Shown here: positions 53,421 to 64,000 of the stretch, piece by piece
How the letters are laid out: each line of letters begins with the position of its first letter
Numbering within the stretch: position 1 is the stretch's first letter
DNA from: Piromyces finnis finn
Taxonomy: Eukaryota > Fungi > Neocallimastigomycota
DNA length: 64,000 nt
Assembly (NCBI GenBank): GCA_002104945.1
Contig: MCFH01000029.1
Span: forward strand, 496,001-560,000
Direction of reading: 5' to 3'
The notes under the pieces: generated by a model
What the model saw: only the letters and a program-made list of their open reading frames with translations
What the model was told of the DNA's origin: nothing
The model's database searches: none
Translations under genes and position numbers: made by a program

Positions 53421-54696
53421 AAACACTTTTTTAATACATATATAAATATAACACGAATATTACACAATACATGTAATGGGAAATGCTTTTTAAAAAAAAA
53501 TAATAGATTTATTTTAAAACATTGTTACTATCTCTTAATTATTATTTATATAATTCGTAATAATAAATTATAACCAAAAAAAAAAAAGAAAAAATAATTA
53601 ATTTTTAATTATTTTTCTTTTTTCTAATAATCACCTTTTTTTTTTTTATACTATTAATCAATTTTTTTTCTTTTTTCTTTATTTATTTTTATCTCTCTTA
53701 TTATATATTTGATTATATAATACTACTACTAATACTAATAATAATAAATTTTAACAATAAATTGTTAAACTATTAAATAAATTGTTATTTAAAATACAAA
53801 AGTGAATTATTAAAGTGTAAAAAAAATATCTATAAAAAAGATATAAGAAATGTAACAAAATACCAAGATACCATTAATATTTTTATAACCAAAATTTATC
53901 ATATTATTAATAAAAATGTAATATAAAAAAAAAAATAAACTTTTCTCATTGTAACTATTAAATTTTCCCATTTAATTTTTCCTATTTTTTTCAATTTATT
54001 AATAAAAATTTTAATTAAAAAATAATTTATATAATTATTAATTCATACTATTCTATTTATATTATTAAAAATTAAAAAAATGTGATACAAAAAATATTTA
54101 ATATAAAATCTATTTAAAAAAAAAAAACGTGTAAAATCTTCCACATTTTTAATGTTTTTTTTTTTTTTTTTTTTTTATTAGTATTTAATTCAACAAACAA
54201 AAACAATCATAAAAAAATGTAATTTGATTTTTAAAATGAAATAATCTATTCTTCAAAAAAAAAATAAAAGAAAGGATAAAAATAAGTATACAATAAATTA
54301 TTAACTACAAAAATCTATAATGTAATTATAAGTAAAAATATTAAGGATGAATCTAAATATTAGATCAACCTATTTAAATTTATTATTAATGTAAATTTTA
54401 TATTAATAATAAATGACTTATCATTAATAAAAAAAATATCAAGGGTTTTTTCATAACTGATTCATTAAATAATTTATAGTTCAATTATTTAATTAATATA
54501 TCTAATTTATTATTAAGTATTATAATGATAATACTACTATTATTATTATTACTACTATTACTATAATTATTATTGTAATTATTAAATATAATACTCTAAT
54601 TGATAATATTTTTAAAAAGTATAATAATTCTTTTAATCAATGATTAATATATATTATTATAGAATAACTTGTTTGTTATATGCATATTATTGCAAA

Positions 54697-54741
<45 letters not shown>
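54697..54741. repeat. (AAT)n tract, left half of the array split by Copia 2 (right half 60661-60695)
   Basis: AAT repeats abut both ends of the element. Confidence 0.95.
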
Positions 54742-55011
54742 TGTGAAATAAATTTAATTAATAAATAATTTTATTAATAAGGTTAACAAAGAGAAAAAGT
54801 TACATTGTAAATATTACAGTTATATAATGAGATGTAAGGTCATGTGACCATAAAAAATAAAATAAAATAAATAAAAAATAACTTTCTCTACAACACGTAG
54901 ACATTACGTTTACAACACTTTTAATACATGTTTATGTTTTTATAAAATAGTCACGTGTGTAATAAATATATGATATAGATAAATAAAATTATGTGTCCAT
55001 AAATGTTCACA
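54742..55011 (-). repeat. 3' LTR of Copia 2
   Basis: Matches 60391-60660. Confidence 0.95.
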
Positions 55012-55020
55012 CTCCCCCTC
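55012..55020 (-). promoter_or_regulatory. Polypurine tract of Copia 2
   Basis: GAGGGGGAG immediately before the 3' LTR. Confidence 0.88.
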
Positions 55021-55023
55021 AAA

Positions 55024-58000
55024 TTAGATTTTCTTTAAGAATATCTTATTTGTATAATCAAACATTCTTGGACCAGGTAGATCTTTAGTTAGAGGGTCAG
55101 CTAACATTTCTTTAGTATTTACATATTCGATTTTTATATTGTTCTTTTCTATGTTGTCAATAATGAAGTGGTAGTGTATATTTATGTGTTTTAACTTTGT
55201 GTTTATTTCACCGTTTTCTATTATTTTCTTGCTTGCTTTGTTGTCGGTGAATAAAGTTATATTTTTGTTGTAATTAAAAATTTCGTCCACCATGTTTTTG
55301 ATCCATAAGATTTTCTTCGTATTCATGGACGTACTAATGTACTCAGCCTCAGCGGTAGATGTTGCCACACAAGTTTGTTTCTTGGATAACCAGCATATTG
55401 GGCTATTTCCCATTAGGATTATCCCTCCAGAGGTAGATTTAAAGTCTTCTGCGCCTCCGTAGTCCGAATCAGTGTATCCTTGTATTTTTCCTTCTCCACT
55501 GTATTCGATTTTGTAATGTTTGGTAGTAGATATGTATCTGAAAATATTTACAATTGTATTCCAGTCAGATACTGTTGGATTTTCAGATTTTCTTGCAGCT
55601 TTGTTTACTGCAAACGCTATATCCGGTCTTGTACATTTTGACAGATATATTAATGCACCTATTGCACTTTTATATTTTGTTTTATCAAATTGGTTATTAT
55701 TTGAGGTGTTCTTGTCGGTTGTTGTACATGGCGTATTTCTTCTACGTACGTTTTCCATATGAAATCTTTGTAATACATTATTAATGTAATTCTCTTGGGA
55801 AATAATGTATTTGGATCCTTTCTTTTCAATCTTTATTCCTAGAATGTAACTAATAGGGCCGCTATTTGATATTTTAAATCTACTTTTAATTTTGCTTATT
55901 ACTCTCTCTATTGTATTTGTTTTTCCAATTATAACCATGTCGTCTACATATAGACCAATTATACATTTTACGTATTTATTTTCTTTTAACGTATAAATAC
56001 ATGGTTCGGATTTTAATGGTTTAAAGTTATTATTTTTCAGGAATTTATCTATTGTTTTATTCCATTGTCTTCCTGATTGTTTTAAACCATAGAGAGCTTT
56101 ATTCAGCTTCCAGTATCCTCCCCCAAAGTTGCTATCTCCAAGCGGAATTGTGGTATAAATATCTGTATCCAATGGAGCATTGAGGTAGGCAGCTTTTATA
56201 TCAAGCTGATATATATCCCACTTAAATTTTGCAGCAATAGCAATAATAAATTTTAGACTGTCAATATTTAATGTAGGGGAATAGGTTAAGTCAAAATCAA
56301 TACCTTGTTTTTGACGGAAACCTCTAGCGACAAGTCTAGCTTTAAAACGTACAATATTATTATTGCTGTCCCTTTTAACAGCAAAAACCCATTTGGTAGA
56401 TATAATATTCTTGTTTTTTGGGATATTTTTAACCAGGGACATAATTTTGTTAGAATATAAATTATTTAATTCATCTTGAATGGCTGCTTTCCAATATTTA
56501 GAATTCGTACAAGACATAGCTTCTTTGTACGTAGTGGGAGCATCAGTAAAAACGGTAGCTATAAATTTGTTTTTGTGCTTCTTAGGAGTACTGGAATTAT
56601 TCAGAGAGGTAGGACTGCAAGGCCTTTTTCTTTCAGGATGGTAGGAATCATCAGATTTATCGGCCATGATATCATCCATGATATCATTTTCATCTTCCAA
56701 GTTTGGATCAGGATCATCCATAGATTTATTGTCATCTGAAATATAAGAATGGGAATCACGTGTCATATCAGGAGAATCAGAAATTTTTGAATTTAAATTT
56801 TTAGTATCATTAATGTGAATATTATCAGAGTAGATAGAATTATCCTGTGTAACGTTAGAATTTTTGCTAGAATTATGACGTGGATTATTTGGTTTATCAT
56901 CCAATAGAATGTCTTCATTTTTAATTTGAATTTTTGAAAAATTTTTATTAATAAAATTTTTTTTTCACTATGATCAGTATTAGGATATTCAGTAGTATTT
57001 TCACCAGTATTTTTGGTATAGGAAATATTTTCGGTGGTAGAATATTCAGTAGGAGAATTTTTATAATATTCAGGATTTTTAATGATTTCATTTTTGTTTT
57101 TGTCGGCAAGAGTATTACCATAACAAACGTAATCAGGACCAGGAGTTACAGGATATTGGTATTTATTATTTTCGTCAATATTATTAGAAATTTTGTAATT
57201 TTTCTTTTCGAAATTGCAATTGTCATTTGCAATTTCTTCTAAAACTTTTAAAATGTCATTTGTAAATTTATTTTTATTAAATTTCGAATTTGAATTATTA
57301 TTTTTGTTATTGGTTTGAGTGTCGCTTTTTAAATTACTGTTTAAATTGTTTTTTGAATTTTCTTCCATTTTGGAATTAATATTAGTCCTTATATTAGTTT
57401 CTTCTTTTTCTTTGGTAGTTATCTCTTCGTCTTTATATTTGGTATTTTCATAAGCTGGGTCCTCGTCCATATTGTTGTTATTACCTTCTTCAACCATTTC
57501 TTCTTCTACTTTTTCTTTTTCTATTTCTTCTTTTTCTATTTCTTCTTCATCATTATTATTGGAGTGGATATTCACCATTTTCTTGGAAGTAGTCCTTTCT
57601 GTGTTATTATTTTCTTTATTTATGATTGAATTTGTATCCGTATTGTTGTTGTTCTTTGATGATTCTGAGGGGTCCTTTCTGTCGTAATTATTGATATTAT
57701 ATGAATCATTGAAAGAGAAATACGGATCGTTTATATTTTTATTTTTATAATTATAATGTGCCGGCTTATCTTCACAGCATTCTATTTCCCTAGAATAGTG
57801 GATTTTAAGTTTATCACCACATATCTCCATGACGATATATGAGTGGTGTGCTTCACTGAACCCAAGAAATATTCCTTCCTTCGAGTTAGGCGCAAATTTT
57901 GACTTTTTAAGAGAATAGTCCTTAAAGTAGCATATGCATCCAAATACCTTTAGGTATTTTAGATCGGCTTCCTCGTTCGTAAACACTTCATCAGGAATTA

Positions 58001-60326
58001 AGTTATCGTTTCCTTGGTGTGGTATTTTGTTGTAAATATAACAAGAATATTTAACAGCAAAACTCCAAAAGTCTTCAGATAATTTAGCCCAATATAAAAG
58101 CGTTTTAGCAGAATTTTGAATAGTTTGGTTTATTCTTTCTGCTTTACCATTTAATTCATGTATGTAAGGAGGTGAATTTATCTTAGATATACCGTTTTCC
58201 TTACAATATTTTATAACTTTACTACTATTATACTCTTTTGCACCATCTGTCTTGAATGTTTTGACTTTATATTTGTCAAAAGTATTATTGGCATTCTCTA
58301 GGAATTCAATAATAATGTCCGGTGCCTCAGACCTTGACTTGAGAGTATAAATCCAGAGTTTTCTTGAGTATTCATCCAGCATAGTCATAAAATACTTCTT
58401 ATTATTGACGGATGAATTAAACGGGCCTGAAATATCGGAGTGAATAGTCTCTAGAACTCTTCCGGCTTTGGGTACGGTTTTGTTATGTGGAGACTTCTTC
58501 ATTTTAGATATTTTACAGTCTAGGCAAGGAGTTACTTTAATTTTATGTTGTTTTAGGTATTTCTTCAGATCCTTCTGGTAGAAATGGCCTAATCTCTTAT
58601 GCCATATACCTAAATCATCTTCAAAGTTTGCAATAAATGGTTCATTTATCTTTTTATTAATGTTTATGAGCTTAATTTTAAATTGATTTAATTCATTTGA
58701 ATACGTTTGCATTATATTTTTATTTTCAGAGTCCTTGAAAATAAGCCTGACTTTTCCATCATCAGTAATATCTATAATGCTTCTTAAACCAACTTTAGCA
58801 AGTCCTACACCACTAATTAAATTCTTGCTAACTTTGTCTGAGTACAAAACTTTTTCTAACTTGTAAGTTTTGTCTTTTACCTTAAACTCATATGAACCAT
58901 AACCACTAAATTCACATGTAGTTCCATTTGCACATCTAAGTTGAATGTGCTCTTCTGTGAAGTTTTCTAGAATGTCCTTATTATTAACGATATGTTCGGC
59001 GGCACCAGTATCATAGAACCATTCGTCGTATTTATTTTCTCCATACACATAATCTATATCCTTTGTGTTAGGAGTGTCTTCCTCTGTAACTTCATCCTTT
59101 TCAATTAGGTAGATATTTCTTTCTGTCAGAGGTCTGATATCTTCGAATTCTACGTTAATTCCATAATTTTCATTATCGTCATAGTCTTCGACGAAATCTA
59201 CTTCTTGTTCGAATTTCTTTTGTTGTTTTTTCTTGTGAACTTGCCTCCCTTGTTGTGAATTTCTCTTTTGTTTACTTTGGTTAAAGGCCCTGTTGTTGTT
59301 TTTTCTTTGGTCCCTTTCCATTTTGGCCTTTTGGTTGTATTCACACATTTCGGTAGAGTGTCCATGTTCACAGCAGATATGGCAGTAGGTACGGTGGCTT
59401 CTGTTTATATTTCTTCTATTACCGTAGCTTTTATTCTTTGTTGATTTGTTTTCTCTACTAACAAAATCAACATCCATTGGATCATCAACTTCGTCATCTT
59501 CATCTTGGTCGTTGTTGGTCCAATCTTCGAAGTAGGATTTGGCGTTGATATAACTTTTGACCTTCTCATAGAGCTGATCATAAGTTTCATCTAAGGTTAC
59601 ACTTACTTGGTTCTTGACACTTCTTGGAAGGGAATTGTACATATATTTTAGTTTTTCCCTTTCACTTAAGGACATTTTTAATTCAGACATCTCAAGGAAG
59701 ATTTCCTTGATTTTATCGATTGTTTTACTGACTTTGCTTACATCTTCTGTATGTAATTTTCTTAACTTCTTTAGCCAGTATTCAATGTCTGCATTGGCGT
59801 TACCGTATTTTGTATTCAACTTTTTGAATACTTGGTAACTATTGGAACTATGACCAATCTCTCTGAGGATCTTCTCATCCACATTTTGAATGATCATAAG
59901 GTAAGTATCAGCATTTAGCTTTTCAGCCGCTGATATAATCTCGGCCTTATAAATTGACAAGTTTGCCAATTTATTGGCGGCTACAACATTGTTATTAATG
60001 TTGCTGCTTGTATTGGCGTCCTCCCCCGTAGTCTTAATGAGGGTTTTATAAACAGACGCAAGATTGCTGTTAGGACGGTAGTCCGCGGCTTCAGCAATAA
60101 TCCTCATAATAGCCATATTATATTCATCTTTGAGATTAAGGTTTATCTCAAAGTTGTTGTCTTTAATGTTTCCAACTATGTCTTGTTCAAGGTAGCTAGT
60201 TAGACCCTGTCTAGTAGCGGCTGCCTTGATTAAAAGACTCCAAGTATCAAAGTTGGACTTTCCATGAAGACGTTGGTCATTGGCTAAAATGAATTGTTGG
60301 GACATATTAAAATTTTTAATACACAA
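55024..60326 (-). CDS. Copia 2 gag-pol in two overlapping frames (gag-PR-IN 56793-60326; RT-RH 55024-56904), one frameshift at an A9 run near 56957-56965
   Basis: CHICCEHGHSTEMC knuckle, YDTGAAEH protease, WHKRLGH/HSDI/KTDG/ERIN integrase, YVDD RT and YTDSD RNase H. Confidence 0.9.
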
Positions 60327-60376
60327 AATTTTGTTTTAAATTTTTCTTAAGAAATTTTTTATTATTGATTAGAGTT

Positions 60377-60390
60377 TGAGACTCTTAATC
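60377..60390 (-). promoter_or_regulatory. Primer-binding site of Copia 2 (tRNA-Lys(CUU) anticodon-arm complement)
   Basis: Sense GATTAAGAGTCTCA abutting the 5' LTR; identical to the Copia 1 PBS. Confidence 0.8.
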
Positions 60391-60659
60391 TGTGAAATAA
60401 ATTTAATTAATAAATAATTTTATTAATAAGGTTAACAAAGAGAAAAAGTTACATTGTAAATATTACAGTTATATAATGAGATGTAAGGTCATGTGACCAT
60501 AAAAAATAAAATAAAATAAATAAAAAATAACTTTCTCTACAACACGTAGACATTACGTTTACAACACTTTTAATACATGTTTATGTTTTTATAAAATAGT
60601 CACGTGTGTAATAAATATATGATATAGATAAATAAAATTATGTGTCCATAAATGTTCAC

Positions 60660-60660
<1 letters not shown>
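60391..60660 (-). repeat. 5' LTR of Copia 2
   Basis: Matches 54742-55011. Confidence 0.95.
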
Positions 60661-60695
<35 letters not shown>

Positions 60696-61900
60696 TTGGG
60701 ACAGTTTTTTTTTTGTCATTTTCGGTGGTTTATCGTCTTATAAAAATAGGAAATCTATTATAAATTAATTTTAAAATATTTTATTTTTTACAATAGGAAT
60801 TTAATAAACATGCATAACACATTGTATTATTAAAGAGAAATATTAAAAAAAAAAAGTATTTTTTTTGTTTGTTTGTTTCTTAAAAAAAGTTTTGATTATT
60901 AAATATTATGACATTTAATAAAAAATACAATAGTAAATGAAGAGTATTTATGTTTTAGTGATTATTATCTATTTTATTAAATAGAAATATAAACAATGCA
61001 TTTTTTACGTTTTTTAAGATACTTTGATAGCTTTTATAATAGTATAATATTATATATAATAATAACCTAAAATTTTTTTTTTTTTTATACTAAACTCATA
61101 TTCTCTCAATTAGATTTTTCTAGATTTCCCAATCTACTAAGAGTTTACCAATTCGTAAGATTAATACTTATCTTATTTAATAAAGAACCAATATATATAT
61201 ATAAATAAAATACTAAAATATATAAAAAAAAAAGTATTCTTTTTTTTTTTTTTCCCATTATATATAATTTATTTCATAGCTTATTAATTAGAAATGACTT
61301 GTATTTCAAAATACTTTATTATTATGATACATTTAACAAACATTAAAAATTACAATAAATAAAATATTATGGCTGATATAAAAAAAAATAATTTATTTTA
61401 TCTATAATTTATATTTAATAAAAGTAAAGTATTTATCTTCAAATGATTTGTGGCTAAAAATTGATATTACTAAGTTAGAGTTGAAATGTATTGAAATAGA
61501 ATAAAAATAAGCCAATAGATTAATTCTTTTTATTACATAAATTAAGATAAGAGGAAAAAAACACAAATAAAAATATAATTTATTATATAATATTCTAAGA
61601 TATTTTAATTTTTTCCCTATCTATTATTAAAAAAAAAAAAAAAAAGAAAATTTATATTTTTTAATTGTAAGAATACATTTTAAAGACCATTTTAACAATT
61701 TTATATATATACATATATTTAATAATACATTATTATAATCTATGTTACAAAAATAATAAAATAATTTTTATATTTTTTAAATTTATATATAATAAATAAA
61801 CATCTTCACATTTACTTGTATACAAAAATATAATAGTATATAAAACAATAATAGAATTAGAATAAAACATTTATACTAATAAGAAATAACAATAATAAAA

Positions 61901-62540
61901 ATGGCTGAAGCCACAAGAGAACAAGATAATAAAACTCAAACTGTTACAGAAGTTATTGAGGAAGAAGAGGTATTACCACCAGCTAATGTTGCTCGCATTA
62001 CAGGAACTTTACATCTTCAAGGTAGAAATATAAATGGACCATCAGTCCATTGGACTGAAGATACCATTGATAATGAAGGTTTAGGAAGAAAGAAGTCTAA
62101 AAGTAATTTTTTTTTTTTTTTTTTTTTTTTAATTTTTAAATAAATGAAATACAAAATATAATTAATTTTAATTAAAAGATAATTTAAAATGAAATTTATA
62201 AATTTATAAATAAATGATAAATTTTGTTTATAGATTTATAATTTGTTATAAAATTAAAAATAATTTTTCATTCTTTCTTTTTTTTCACTTCATAAGCTAT
62301 TTAAATTATAAATTATAAATAGTTTAAAGATATAATATACTAAAATTTAAATTATTTTTATAATATATAAAAGTTTGTTGTATATATACTAGACCAAGAA
62401 ACTGGGATGATTCTTCATCAGATTCTTCTTCTTGTTCTTCATCAGACGATGATGATAAACCAAATGCTTACGAAATTCAACCAAAATATAAACCACGCAG
62501 CCATCATCATAGTCATAATGGTGGATGTAAACATAAGTAA
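61901..62540 (+). CDS. YPI1: PP1 regulatory subunit Ypi1/inhibitor-3 (PPP1R11), 2 exons
   Basis: Exons 61901-62102 and 62374-62540 give [25 protein letters not shown], an acidic Ser tract and PNAYEIQPKY, all family hallmarks. Confidence 0.93.
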
Positions 62541-63557
62541 ATTTAAAAATTTTGATATAAAACAAAGCATATATATACATACATATACATTTATACACTT
62601 ACAATAAACAAATAAAAGAAAATAAATTCAAGTATACCAAATAAATACAGCTTTTTTTTTTATCTTTTAGCATACCAATTCTTCTTTATATCCAATTTAT
62701 AGTATGAAAAAAAATATTTACAAATTAAAACACAAATAATGAATTGCTTCTATTAATATTAATTATTATTTTTTTATAAAAATAAAAAAATAAAATAAAA
62801 AAAAAACAATAATAAATTTTTAATAAATATAAACAAATCGTGTATATATATAATTCTACATAAATTCCAAAAAAAAAAGTTTTTTTGTAGAATCAGCAAT
62901 TACTTTAAATTCTAGATTTTCAATATTAATATTAATTAATTTTTATTTAGATTCGCCTATTTCTATTGCCTTCTAATTCCTTGTCATAATACTTTTTTAA
63001 AAAGAAATTAAACTTAAAATATAATTTATTATTCAAAAGTGTAACATTTTCATATATATTATAAGCTTTTATTTTTTTAAAATTTTACAAAAAGTATTGA
63101 TTTTTATATATCCCAAATTTTTAATTAAATATTTAATATATCTATATGAATTTTTTTCTCCATAAAAAAAAATTTTTTTTTTGAATCAATACCATAATGT
63201 ATTAAATAATTTTCATTAAAAAAAAAAAAAAAAGATATATACTAGAGAAATACTAAAGAAGGGATATATTTCTATCAAATATTAAAATATACATAATCAT
63301 AATTCTTTATTAACTTATTATTATCTTTTTTTTTTTTAAATAAAATATTTGATATAAATGTTACAATGAATATTTTAAACATTATATTTAAGTCACACTT
63401 TTAAATAATAATAATAATCTTGATATATATAAAATTTTATTACAATTATTTATATTTTTATTATTATTATTTTTTTTTTTTTTTTGAAAAATATTGACTT
63501 TTTTAATAATAATTTTTTTTTTTTTGTGTGTGTGTGTGTATTTTATAATATTTTGTT

Positions 63558-64000
63558 CTATTTTTCTGATTTGGTTTCGTTTTTAGAAGAAAATGCAGTG
63601 AAAGGAATAACAGTCTCCTTATCACGTCTTTCATCCTTGAAACCAAAATCTTCTTTTGGATTTGTAGTAGTGGTGGCAGAAGCATTGGAATGACGAGTGG
63701 TTCTTTCATGTTTAGATTCAGGATTTGGTGAATTTCTATGATTTCTACGATTTCTTCTTCTACGTTTATTGGCTGGATGAGCACGGCTTTCATCGTCTGA
63801 AGGATCTAATTCATTATCATAGGCTATATGGGTATCATGATATACTCTAGATTGACGATCATCTAAATCATCTTCTAATTCATCCTCTTCATCTGAAAAA
63901 TGATCCACTGGTACTTCTTGCATTTGAACACTTGGAGCATGACTAATATTTCTAAGATTTTCTAGTATATGTACGGTAGTTTTATCTAAATATTCTCTTG
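63558..64000 (-). CDS. RPD3: C-terminal part of class I histone deacetylase Rpd3/HDAC1 (runs off the window)
   Basis: REYLDKTTVHILENLRNISHAPSVQMQEVP followed by an acidic tail matches the Rpd3/HDAC1 post-catalytic motif. Confidence 0.85.
   Translation of the reverse strand, partial: REYLDKTTVHILENLRNISHAPSVQMQEVPVDHFSDEEDELEDDLDDRQSRVYHDTHIAYDNELDPSDDESRAHPANKRRRRNRRNHRNSPNPESKHERTTRHSNASATTTTNPKEDFGFKDERRDKETVIPFTAFSSKNETKSEK

Larger units (their letters stand above)
54742..60660 (-). mobile_element. Ty1/Copia LTR retrotransposon 2 (young)
   Basis: 270-bp TG..CA LTRs at 54742-55011 and 60391-60660 are identical by eye, with TGTGAA/TTCACA ends. TSD ATAAT; PPT and PBS present. Confidence 0.97.

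Overview
Extremely AT-rich eukaryotic genomic DNA with long homopolymers, (AAT)n tracts and short GT-AG introns. The base composition, a flagellar calaxin gene and an intronless bacterial-type gene together suggest an anaerobic gut fungus (Neocallimastigomycota); this is an inference. Host genes: a signal-peptide/TM/SH3 Fus1-like protein, a ubiquitin-like ORF, DNMT2, an intronless 7TM GPCR-like protein, Ase1/PRC1, CDS1, calaxin/EFCAB1, a probable horizontally acquired ArAE_1/DUF939 exporter, a FoxJ-like forkhead factor, Ypi1 and the 3' end of Rpd3. Mobile DNA: a full-length single-ORF APE-RT LINE with a structured tandem-repeat 5' UTR, a tiny 5'-truncated sibling inserted about 25 bp away, two young Ty1/Copia elements with apparently identical LTR pairs, and a solo LTR nested in the first Copia. 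Best lead: the two divergent Copia elements share an exact 14-nt PBS abutting the 5' LTR that is complementary to the anticodon arm of tRNA-Lys(CUU), implying priming by a tRNA-Lys half-molecule rather than a CCA 3' end. All analysis was by eye; no database searches were run.
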